Assembly: GCA_965370295.1 (NCBI GenBank)
Contig: CBDUSO010000002.1
Location: 28,990 to 92,989 of the forward strand
Direction: 5' to 3'
DNA: 64,000 bases
Source of the DNA: an uncultured bacterium
GTDB taxonomy: Bacteria; Caldisericota; Caldisericia; JAAYUI01
The translations under genes and the position numbers were made by a program. Positions 16,733 to 25,262 of this stretch are shown in pieces. Under the pieces are notes generated by a model that saw nothing but the letters and a program-made list of their open reading frames with translations, had not been told where the DNA came from and searched no databases. Position 1 is the first letter of the stretch. Every line of letters begins with the position of its first letter.

Positions 16733-17724
16733 TCTACCACCGAGGCTCCCCAGGTCAGTCCAGCACCAAATGCGACCATGAGCAACCTGTCTCCCTTCTT
16801 AATTTTGTTTTCTTTCACGGCATAATCTATCGTCATTGGAACGGATGCAGCAGAGGTATTTCCGATTTTATCAAGACTTAACAGCACCTTGTCCATCGGA
16901 ATTCCAAGCCTCTTTGCGGCTGATTCAACGATTCTGATGTTTGCCTGATGTGGGACAAACCAGTCAATATCGTCTGCTGTAAGTCCAACTCGTTCCAGAA
17001 TTTTATTGCATCCAAGTCCCATTGCACGGACTGCAAATTTGAAAACATCCGAGCCCTCCATATAGATATAATGCATTCTCTTTTCAATGGTCTCAGCTGT
17101 TGCTGGATTCAAAGAACCACCAGCTGGAAGTGTCAGATGCATTCCACCTGCACCCCAAGAGCCCAACAGACAGTCAACAATTCCACCGCTCTCAACCTCA
17201 CCGACTATGGCACAACCAGCACCATCGCCAAAGAGGACACAGGTATCTCTGTCAGTCCAGTCTGTAATCCTTGAGAGTGTTTCTGCACCAATCACCATGA
17301 CTTTTTTGTACATTCCGGATTCAACAAATGCTTTTGCTTGAGAGAGTCCGTACACAAATCCTGTGCAACCCGCTACAATATCCATTGCGGGTGGTCCATC
17401 GAGTTTGTCGAGTCCAAGTTTAGCCGTAACGAGACAAGCGGTCGAAGGGAAGAGCATGTCAGGGGTTGCGGTTGCAAGAATGAAACAATCAATATCCTCG
17501 GGCAACAATCTCGCTTTTTCTAATGCTCTCTTTGCTGCAATCACAGAAATATCTGAGGTAGCCTGGTCATCTGCTGCAATATGTCTCTCTTTGATTCCAG
17601 TTCTACTTACAATCCATTCATTTGAGGTATCCACCATCTTCTCAAGGTCTGCATTGGTCAGAACCTTTTCTGGTGTGTAACTTGCCAGACTCAAAATTCC
17701 AGCTCTTGCCATTTTATTTCTCAA
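16726..17724 (-). CDS. fabH: Beta-ketoacyl-ACP synthase III
   Basis: DTSNEWIVSRTGIKER, AGCTGF, FGDGAG, PHQANIRI, GNTSAAS, FGAGLTWG. Confidence 0.97.
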   Translation of the reverse strand: MRNKMARAGILSLASYTPEKVLTNADLEKMVDTSNEWIVSRTGIKERHIAADDQATSDISVIAAKRALEKARLLPEDIDCFILATATPDMLFPSTACLVTAKLGLDKLDGPPAMDIVAGCTGFVYGLSQAKAFVESGMYKKVMVIGAETLSRITDWTDRDTCVLFGDGAGCAIVGEVESGGIVDCLLGSWGAGGMHLTLPAGGSLNPATAETIEKRMHYIYMEGSDVFKFAVRAMGLGCNKILERVGLTADDIDWFVPHQANIRIVESAAKRLGIPMDKVLLSLDKIGNTSAASVPMTIDYAVKENKIKKGDRLLMVAFGAGLTWGASVVEW

Positions 17725-18152
17725 CCTTTCCTAAGAGCAGCTGTTAAAACACCTAAGGCAACTTCTTTTCCGTCAACCATCGCCACTGCTTTACATTTGA
17801 AGATGCCCACCTTCATTTTGAGAACCTCTATTTCAATCCTGATAACATCACCTGGGACAACAGGTTTTTTGAACCTCATACTCTCAATACCCGTGAAGTA
17901 GGTAATTGCTCCCTCAAACTCAGGGATGAGAAGCCCACAAACCGCAGCGGTTTGTGCCATTGCCTCAACAATCAAAACTCCAGGCATGATTGGAAGTCCG
18001 GGAAAATGCCCCTGGAAATGTGGCTCAGCACCAGTTACTGCTTTAATTCCAACCGCACTTATGCCAGGTTCAACCGCGAGAATCCGATCAATCATCAGAA
18101 ACGGAAATCTATGCGGTAATATTTTTTGTATTCCTACAGAATCAAGCTCCAT
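17721..18152 (-). CDS. fabZ: 3-hydroxyacyl-ACP dehydratase
   Basis: LPHRFPFLMIDR, FQGHFPGLPIMPGVLIVEAMAQ, FKKPVVPGD. Confidence 0.96.
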   Translation of the reverse strand: MELDSVGIQKILPHRFPFLMIDRILAVEPGISAVGIKAVTGAEPHFQGHFPGLPIMPGVLIVEAMAQTAAVCGLLIPEFEGAITYFTGIESMRFKKPVVPGDVIRIEIEVLKMKVGIFKCKAVAMVDGKEVALGVLTAALRKG

Positions 18153-18342
18153 TTGTCCTCCGAAGAAGTAGGATCATGAGAGTTCCAGCTATCAACCAGA
18201 CAAATCCACCGGCAAGAACACGCGAAACTTTTTGTTCCAGATGTTTCTTTTTCCACGCTAATATTACACTGCCCTTCACCTCTTTTGGAGGTTTTTGCAG
18301 TTTCAACATCGATTTCATTTCCTGGCTGATTATTTCTCTCAT
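18142..18342 (-). CDS. Small hypothetical protein with C-terminal transmembrane helix, first gene of the fab operon
   Basis: 66 aa; SD-like CAGGT upstream; hydrophobic VLAGGFVWLIAGTLMILLL; overlaps the fabZ start. Confidence 0.5.
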   Translation of the reverse strand: MREIISQEMKSMLKLQKPPKEVKGSVILAWKKKHLEQKVSRVLAGGFVWLIAGTLMILLLRRTNGA

Positions 18343-18508
18343 AGTCTCTACCTGTAATTATTTGACACCTTGTTGGTTGTCGGGTTACAGACTTTGAGAG
18401 TATACACACAACTTATGTTTAACAAATAAAGAAAAGAGCCGATAAAATTTTCGGTGGTTGTTGGGATTCATGTTTCTGTTGTATGTAGCATGGAACATAA
18501 TTTTTTAG

Positions 18509-18572
18509 TTCCGTGTCAAGCACGGAATGACAAGAAATTTGTTGTAGGGAACGCAGATCTGCGTTCCCTACA
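18509..18572. repeat. Family A half-hairpin plus family B perfect 30-bp palindrome
   Basis: TTCCGTGTCAAGCACGGAATGACA (18509-18532) and TGTAGGGAACGCAGATCTGCGTTCCCTACA (18543-18572); the core of the latter recurs exactly at 47708-47735. Confidence 0.85.
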
Positions 18573-18598
18573 TTCAATCCAAAATAAATATCAGATTA

Positions 18599-21070
18599 TT
18601 ATGGACAATTTGGTGGTGGAGTGTAATCGTATGTTACAGTCTGGGTTTCCTGAATCCAGCCAACTGTCGCACCCATTGCCTCTGCAACAAATCTAAACGG
18701 AACATACGTTCTTCCAAGCTCTACATTGATTACTGGAGCAATATCCATCGAAGCAGGTTGCCCATTAATCAGGTATGTTTTTTTACCAATCCACATCTCC
18801 ATCTTGTTTAGAACCTCTGTTCCGCAGTAGGTGATAACGGTGACTTTTCTCTGTGCACCATCCCACAGAACTGTTGCACCAAGTGCTTCCGTGACGTGTC
18901 TTATTGGAACCATTGTTCTCCACTCTGGGGCTTTCAAATATGGTGGAGCATCCACCATAATTTCTTCATCATTCTTCTTGATAATCCTGCTACCAATCAC
19001 AAGCTCAATATGAATAGAAGTATCCTTTATCTCAAAATAAACAGTCCCGTTAAACACCTCACCAGTTGGTGTGATAATTGTATAATCAATCGCATTCAAG
19101 CCATCTTTAAGGTCAAGAGTGACATGAATACAGCCATTTCCATCCGCCTCATACTGTGTTCCCTGAATGATAACCATCGACTGAGGCGGGAATCCACACC
19201 AGTCAAAGGAGTATGGATTTTCTTCAACAACAAATGGATCGTCAGCTGTTCCTGAACCTTCAATTCCGGGGGTCGGAGGCATCGGGAAGCCTGGTGGATG
19301 GATAGCCTGCGGTGTGCAGAAGCACTCGTTTGAAGCCTCAGAAATATTTCCAAACTGGTCAACCGTTCTCACGATGTAGTAATATGTTTTTCCATTTTCC
19401 AAACCATAGTCAGAGAAACTACACTCTGCAACTGGGAAATCATGGATTGGCATTGTGCTGTCTTTTGCCTTGCCTGCTTCATCTGAACGGTAGGCATAGT
19501 ATCTTATCTCTTTGCCGGATGGAGCAAACGCACAAGTCCATGTGAGTTTGCAATTCATATCACCCGACTGACATCCAAGATTGTAAGGTCTGCTTGGCGG
19601 ATCTCCAGAACCCGCAATAAAGCAATGTGAACCATTTGACTGGTATTTCCACTTGATGGTTATCTCCCAATGGGTCGGGTCAAGCGGATCCTGCCAGAGG
19701 TTTGTGATTTTTACAATTGCATAATTCTGGTCACCGATTGTTTTGAAGGCGTATGTCTCACCGGCTTTTATCTCAACACACTTCTCTTTTATTGAGTTGA
19801 TTGCCGGGTATCCATCATGCGGGACACACTCAGCATCATCAAAGTCTACGCTCATCTTGATGAAACGACCACACATTCGTGGTTTGCCATATCCACAATC
19901 AAACATTAAATCAGCGATTGTTGCATCGTTTGTTTTGTTTCCCAGTGAAAAATCAAAACCATCACCAAGTTTGCAATCTGCCTTAAAAATTCCTGAGCCA
20001 ATGTTGGTTGGCATGTCACCCGTTGTTGCCAGCCCGATACCAGAATTTTCACTTGCATAGTTGCAGTAATAAAGTTTGTAAACCAAACCGATCTTGAGAA
20101 GGCATGGGTTTGCCACAATATCCTGGTCAAATTCACCGACTGTTCCCATGTCTAAAATGATTCCTCTTTTTTCCCAAACCAAACCAGTCTCTGAAACAGC
20201 CATTGCAATCTGGGAGGATTTATTATTTCTCATAGAGGTGTCATACGCCATGTAGTAACAGTTTCCCTGCCTGACAACAGAGGGATGTCTCACACACAGG
20301 TTATCAAAATCAGTTACCTTTGTACCAATCTCAAGAACAGCACCCTGAGACTTGCCACCCATCTGTTTCGTCCAGGATGTTGGAGTGTCTGCCATAGAGG
20401 TTGCATATCCAATTCTCCATCTGGAGTCTATCTTTGACTGACCCTCATACCACATCTTCCACTTGCCATCATCAAATATTACAGAGCATGAACCAATCTG
20501 GAAGCCGTCAAAAAAGTTTTCGTTTGTGGGTTTCAATATTTGTGCAGATGGAGCAATCCTTTTCATGTAGTGAGGGTTGCTACCCTTCGCAAGTCCAATG
20601 GAGGTATTTCCATCATTGTCTTCCCCAACATAAAACATCCAGTATACTCCATTGCGGTACACAACATTTGGAGCGAATACAGACTTTCCATCAAAGGCGA
20701 TATTGTCGCCGGGACCCAAAACCGCACCGGGTGCTTCAACTCCACCTGCTCCACCATCAATACGAGTGAAATTCACACCATCGGATGATACTGCATAACC
20801 GATATATCCCTGGCTACCTTCCTTGCCAAGCCATGTATGCCAGCCCGTGAACCACATGTGATATTTTCCGTCCGCATAGATAACACACGGGTCAGTAACA
20901 GCAGAGGAGTCAAAGTATCTTTTTCCGTCTGCGCCTGGTTTTCTCGCTGTAAGAATTGGATTTCCTTCAAATTTTTTGAAATCCGGTGTAGGACAATCTT
21001 GAATACCCGCCTGTGCGATCGCGGGAACTATCATTGCGATTATAAGTAAAAGGATAACAAATCTCTTCAT
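18599..21070 (-). CDS. Secreted five-bladed beta-propeller glycosidase-like protein (GH43/32/130-like fold) with Fn3 and stalk domain
   Basis: Signal peptide; five blades of type PxVxxxxGxYxMxYxG...IG(Y/L)A; Fn3 LENGKTYYYIVRTVD; stalk RTMVPIRHVTEALGA and GRTYVPFRFVAEAMGA; SD AAGGAGG. Confidence 0.8.
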   Translation of the reverse strand: MKRFVILLLIIAMIVPAIAQAGIQDCPTPDFKKFEGNPILTARKPGADGKRYFDSSAVTDPCVIYADGKYHMWFTGWHTWLGKEGSQGYIGYAVSSDGVNFTRIDGGAGGVEAPGAVLGPGDNIAFDGKSVFAPNVVYRNGVYWMFYVGEDNDGNTSIGLAKGSNPHYMKRIAPSAQILKPTNENFFDGFQIGSCSVIFDDGKWKMWYEGQSKIDSRWRIGYATSMADTPTSWTKQMGGKSQGAVLEIGTKVTDFDNLCVRHPSVVRQGNCYYMAYDTSMRNNKSSQIAMAVSETGLVWEKRGIILDMGTVGEFDQDIVANPCLLKIGLVYKLYYCNYASENSGIGLATTGDMPTNIGSGIFKADCKLGDGFDFSLGNKTNDATIADLMFDCGYGKPRMCGRFIKMSVDFDDAECVPHDGYPAINSIKEKCVEIKAGETYAFKTIGDQNYAIVKITNLWQDPLDPTHWEITIKWKYQSNGSHCFIAGSGDPPSRPYNLGCQSGDMNCKLTWTCAFAPSGKEIRYYAYRSDEAGKAKDSTMPIHDFPVAECSFSDYGLENGKTYYYIVRTVDQFGNISEASNECFCTPQAIHPPGFPMPPTPGIEGSGTADDPFVVEENPYSFDWCGFPPQSMVIIQGTQYEADGNGCIHVTLDLKDGLNAIDYTIITPTGEVFNGTVYFEIKDTSIHIELVIGSRIIKKNDEEIMVDAPPYLKAPEWRTMVPIRHVTEALGATVLWDGAQRKVTVITYCGTEVLNKMEMWIGKKTYLINGQPASMDIAPVINVELGRTYVPFRFVAEAMGATVGWIQETQTVTYDYTPPPNCP

Positions 21071-21424
21071 TTACCGCCTCCTTGTTATTCTCATATACGA
21101 AAAAGTACCCGCTCTGGTTCAGTGTCACCTTCTAGTAAGCAGGATACACGGCATTTTCCCATACTCGAATACACATCAAGAGTACATAACATGAAAAGAT
21201 GGTTTTGTCAAGTTTAATCTCTTTTAGAGCATTTATATTCATGAACAACTCTGATTACCATTTATTATGTATATTTCTTTTATATTCATATGTGTTATAG
21301 CTATAAGACATTATAACATCCATAATATCTAATTTTACTACTTTTACTATCTGTATATCATTGAATAACGATATATTGCACTAAATCATTTTGTTTCCTG
21401 CTGTTTTCTATAATACAATGATAT

Positions 21425-22354
21425 TTAGGTACTATAATACTGTTGTAACAACTTTACATGCTTTCTGAGCATATTTATCAATATATCTGGAGATATGACA
21501 ACACATTCAGAACCAAACCCCAACACCCATCTTACAATTTCTTGATTAATTGCCACTTTCATTTTCAGATTTACAGACCCGTCTTCATTCCAGGAAAGTG
21601 ATTGGCTGGGATGCCAGATTAATTCATCGATATATGGAGCAACCCACGGTTTGAAATGAATCTCAACATCTCCCACCGGACCACTTGCATTCAGCTCAAA
21701 TGCAGGCTCAAGAAACTCTCCCAGATTGAAATTATGGTCTGCAAATACCTCTCGCGTCATAATCAAATCTCGGATTCTGCTTATACGAAACATGCGAATC
21801 ACGTCTCTGTCGCAACACCTTGCAATCATGTAGTAGGCGTGTCTTCTGAAAAATATTGCAAGCGGATTTACCTCTCGAACCCTCTCTCTATCATGTTTCC
21901 CCGGTTTCAAATATCTGAAACGGATAACCTTTCGATTGTCCACTGCAGCCCTTATTCTTCTCACAAGCTTTGACATGTTGTCAGCACCAGAGCTCACTCG
22001 GAGAAAACCGGGAACTAATGAATCCATGTCTGACCCAAATAGTTTTGCAATTAATCTGCTGGAAATAATTTGTAGCGATGGGTCTTTCGTGTCAAACAAC
22101 ATCTGAAGCCCCGCCATCATCGTGAATTTTTCTTCACCGGACAGCGACAAGCTGAAGGACATCTTATCACGATTATCGAGATGATACCCTTTTCGATTTG
22201 ATCCAATGTTGTATCCAGCGTCTTTCAACACCTGAATATCTCGCATCACGGTTCGTCTTGAGACTTCCAACCCTTCGGCAAGATATTTTGAAGAAATATG
22301 CCTGTTGGTTTTCAGCTCCTCCATCAGTTGAAGGAGTCGAATTATTTGAAGCAT
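21425..22354 (-). CDS. WYL-domain transcriptional regulator (YafY family HTH-WYL-WCX)
   Basis: HTH LAEGLEVSRRTVMRDIQVL; WYL region REVNPLAIF...AYYMIA...IRMFRISRI; WCX EIVRWVLGFGSECVVISP. Confidence 0.92.
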   Translation of the reverse strand: MLQIIRLLQLMEELKTNRHISSKYLAEGLEVSRRTVMRDIQVLKDAGYNIGSNRKGYHLDNRDKMSFSLSLSGEEKFTMMAGLQMLFDTKDPSLQIISSRLIAKLFGSDMDSLVPGFLRVSSGADNMSKLVRRIRAAVDNRKVIRFRYLKPGKHDRERVREVNPLAIFFRRHAYYMIARCCDRDVIRMFRISRIRDLIMTREVFADHNFNLGEFLEPAFELNASGPVGDVEIHFKPWVAPYIDELIWHPSQSLSWNEDGSVNLKMKVAINQEIVRWVLGFGSECVVISPDILINMLRKHVKLLQQYYST

Positions 22355-22357
22355 CCG

Positions 22358-22984
22358 TCAGTTTCCAAGCCTGAAAGTTTCAAATATTTCATCCACAATT
22401 TTTTGGTTGCCATCCTTTATCGGGAAAACTCCAGTTAAAAGATAAACAACTTCCCCGTCAGGAATCGCAAGAACCATCATTCCATCAACATTTTCACCCC
22501 TTAAAACATCACCTGAAAAGAGAACGCAATCCGACGAAAGAAAGTCAACACTTTCAATTTTTGCGGTATCGTACCAGGAGTCAACTCTGTTTGATAACAG
22601 ACGTTTTAATGCTTCTGGAGTAGATTTGTCGCTACTACCAAATCCAATTTTTGAAATAGCAACACTGACATCAGCAGAATCAGCACCCACACCAACGATT
22701 GACTCGCTTCCATCAATATTCATCAAAACCCAGCCCTTGGGATAAATCATTGAAAACCCGTCAAAAATAACCCTTCCTCCGCTGGATATTTCGTAACTCT
22801 CAGAATCCATTCCCTCAAGAAAATCAAAGTTTTCTAATTCCTGATTCTCCACTTGGTCAGCCTTTTTTCCACCTTCAAATGGCCATGTATGAATAAGAAA
22901 TGCAGTAGTCATGTATGATGAGACCGCAATCAAAATCACAAACACCCACAGGAAACCAAGTCTTTTATTATCATTTTTATTCAT
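22358..22984 (-). CDS. Hypothetical membrane-anchored protein (PsbP/DcrB-like fold possible), co-transcribed with the WYL gene
   Basis: N-terminal TM helix; FSMIYPKGW motif; promoter TTGAAT-17-TAAACT upstream; stop lies 3 nt before the WYL start. Confidence 0.6.
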   Translation of the reverse strand: MNKNDNKRLGFLWVFVILIAVSSYMTTAFLIHTWPFEGGKKADQVENQELENFDFLEGMDSESYEISSGGRVIFDGFSMIYPKGWVLMNIDGSESIVGVGADSADVSVAISKIGFGSSDKSTPEALKRLLSNRVDSWYDTAKIESVDFLSSDCVLFSGDVLRGENVDGMMVLAIPDGEVVYLLTGVFPIKDGNQKIVDEIFETFRLGN

Positions 22985-23105
22985 TTCACACAACAGTTTA
23001 CCAGAACACTGCTAACAATTCAACATATCTGTACCGGTTACATTATGGCAATATTTTTTTTAACATTTCGCTTGCATATATTTGTTTTCTGACTATCATA
23101 TACTT

Positions 23106-25061
23106 ATGTCGTTTGTTCAAATACTAATTATAATCGGCTTGGTGTTGCTTTCTCTAGCTTCAATAGTGTTTTTGTGTACCAAAAAACCGTGGAAAGGGAA
23201 AACAACAATAGCAGGTATACTCATCCTTTATCTGCCACTGTGTCTATCTACGATAATTCTCATATCGACAATAATCATCGTATTGCCTAACGTACTTTTG
23301 AACATAACTATTTTCAAAAACGTTTCCCTTCCTGAAACTCTATTTGCAATAACAAGTGCTATCGGAATCATAACGAGTCTCCTTGTAATCAGCAACACTA
23401 GAAATATTGCACCATTCATATCAATCAGCGAAAACAACTCAATCGAGATTTTTTCAATCATCCCCCTTGGTTTATTGATCGTGTGCTTAAAGGGTTTATT
23501 CACCAGCCCGACATCCTCCTTGCATGTATACTCAGCACTCATAACATCTCTGATTTTTATACTAATCTTTTATATAATCAGGCAGGGATACCTGATCCTG
23601 AATCATAAAAAATTGATGGAGTTGACTCAATCTGCAACATTCAAACATCTGCTAAAATATCCAATGCACTACCCCAAACTCAGAGCTTCAATATGTTCGA
23701 TATGGACAAACTTGGACAAGGAATCAGTATTTCCAGAAAACGACCGTGACTATGCCTTACTTTCAAAAAAATTGTTGAAAGAATACAAACAATCCAGCAA
23801 TCCAATAATCTTTTTCACACAGGATATGAACAAATATCTCAGAGACTTAAACATCACGGACAAAACAGGAATGATCACAGCCGTCTCCTGTATCTGCAAA
23901 TTATCCGTTTACCACCCGACAGTAAGCAACCCCGAAGAGGAACAGTCCAAAATAAAGAGGCAAATCCTGCACGATCTCATTCATTCTTGCAACCAGTTAC
24001 TCAAACAATCCGATGACTGGGATATAGTCAGGGAAAATCGTGAGCATCAATGGGAAGTTCTGCATGGTTACAGGGTTCTCGAATTCCTCCTGATTAAAAC
24101 AATTGATACAGTTGATTACGACTTGATTTCATCTGCCTTCAGGGAAATTTACACAACACTTCTCAGGAATCACAAAAATATTAACGCCACTCTCTTTGTT
24201 GATAACACACTAAACGACATTACCATCATAAAATGGATTCAAGACCGAATGGACAAATACCTCCATTTCACCAAAAACAAGGAAGACAACGACCACAGCA
24301 TCAACCTCAAACTCATCACGTACTCTTCAATTCTCAGAATTTGCGTTGGTAGAATCGACAAGTTGCTTCTCTATCTCCAGGATGCCGGTGAAGATGAAGA
24401 GCTGGTCACCCGCTGTAACAACCTTATTGATATTTTAATTGAACAGATACATTCCCTTGCACTGTCCAAATACAAATTCCACAAAAACATCTCAGTAGCA
24501 TTGTTTTTCCTCATAGCCTGTTTCTCTCATTACAGATATTCCAAACTCGCCCCAACACATACTTTTGTGCACAATATTTGGAAAAAACTGGAGTATCAAT
24601 CACGTTTCATGATCAAATATCACATAGGAAATTCAGAACACAAGGGAATCGATTTTTTCTCAAGCTACGTCTGTCTGCTCCAATTCCTGAAATACAACCC
24701 AATCCCACTGATTCCCTGGAAAGTCAGAAACTACACTTTCATAGAAATTGAAACCCTGATGGATGACTTGCTCGGGTATTTTGAAAGATATTTGATGTAC
24801 CTCGATCCTGAAATCCCCTCTTGGGAACGAAACTTTATCGCTGACAATCTCGTGAGTCCCAACTGGATTTTCTTCAACAGCCCCTCTGTCACAATCGAAC
24901 TTCTGGATCTGTATATCAAACAGTTCACTGATAAAATCAGCATCAAAGATAGAAAGTCTTACACTGAATTCATGGGGGACCGTGATGGTAAAAAATCTGA
25001 CCTCAAACCAAGGTTTGTAGAAAAAATCGTGTTTGATTTAAGTTCAACCCAGATAGATTAG
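23106..25061 (+). CDS. Hypothetical protein, ~5 N-terminal TM helices plus a large predicted helical soluble domain
   Basis: Long open frame; hydrophobic first ~160 aa; start placed at ATG 23106 after TTGCAT-16-TATCAT-6 nt. Confidence 0.7.
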   Translation: MSFVQILIIIGLVLLSLASIVFLCTKKPWKGKTTIAGILILYLPLCLSTIILISTIIIVLPNVLLNITIFKNVSLPETLFAITSAIGIITSLLVISNTRNIAPFISISENNSIEIFSIIPLGLLIVCLKGLFTSPTSSLHVYSALITSLIFILIFYIIRQGYLILNHKKLMELTQSATFKHLLKYPMHYPKLRASICSIWTNLDKESVFPENDRDYALLSKKLLKEYKQSSNPIIFFTQDMNKYLRDLNITDKTGMITAVSCICKLSVYHPTVSNPEEEQSKIKRQILHDLIHSCNQLLKQSDDWDIVRENREHQWEVLHGYRVLEFLLIKTIDTVDYDLISSAFREIYTTLLRNHKNINATLFVDNTLNDITIIKWIQDRMDKYLHFTKNKEDNDHSINLKLITYSSILRICVGRIDKLLLYLQDAGEDEELVTRCNNLIDILIEQIHSLALSKYKFHKNISVALFFLIACFSHYRYSKLAPTHTFVHNIWKKLEYQSRFMIKYHIGNSEHKGIDFFSSYVCLLQFLKYNPIPLIPWKVRNYTFIEIETLMDDLLGYFERYLMYLDPEIPSWERNFIADNLVSPNWIFFNSPSVTIELLDLYIKQFTDKISIKDRKSYTEFMGDRDGKKSDLKPRFVEKIVFDLSSTQID

Positions 25062-25175
25062 TTTCTCACCTTTTTGTTTTCACCAATATTCTTTTGCTAC
25101 CGCTTGATGTCCTGTGTCACTCTTGACCGCCCTATATCATTCCCATTTCTTTGTGTCATCCCTGAATTACTCCTC

Positions 25176-25205
25176 CGTCATTCCTGGCTTGACCAGGAAT
25201 CCAGG
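25176..25205. repeat. Family A half-element hairpin
   Basis: CGTCATTCCTGGCTTGACCAGGAATCCAGG between convergent genes. Confidence 0.75.
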
Positions 25206-25262
25206 GGTTTTAAAAAAATCGTGGGGCTGTCGCCTACTCATATTCAAAATCAAGGGATATAT

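Noticed and set aside
21075-21180. ~100-nt 5' leader of the glycosidase-like gene as a riboswitch
   Set aside because: Could not match it by eye to c-di-GMP, c-di-AMP, ZTP, fluoride or SAM consensus motifs; an Infernal/Rfam scan would settle it
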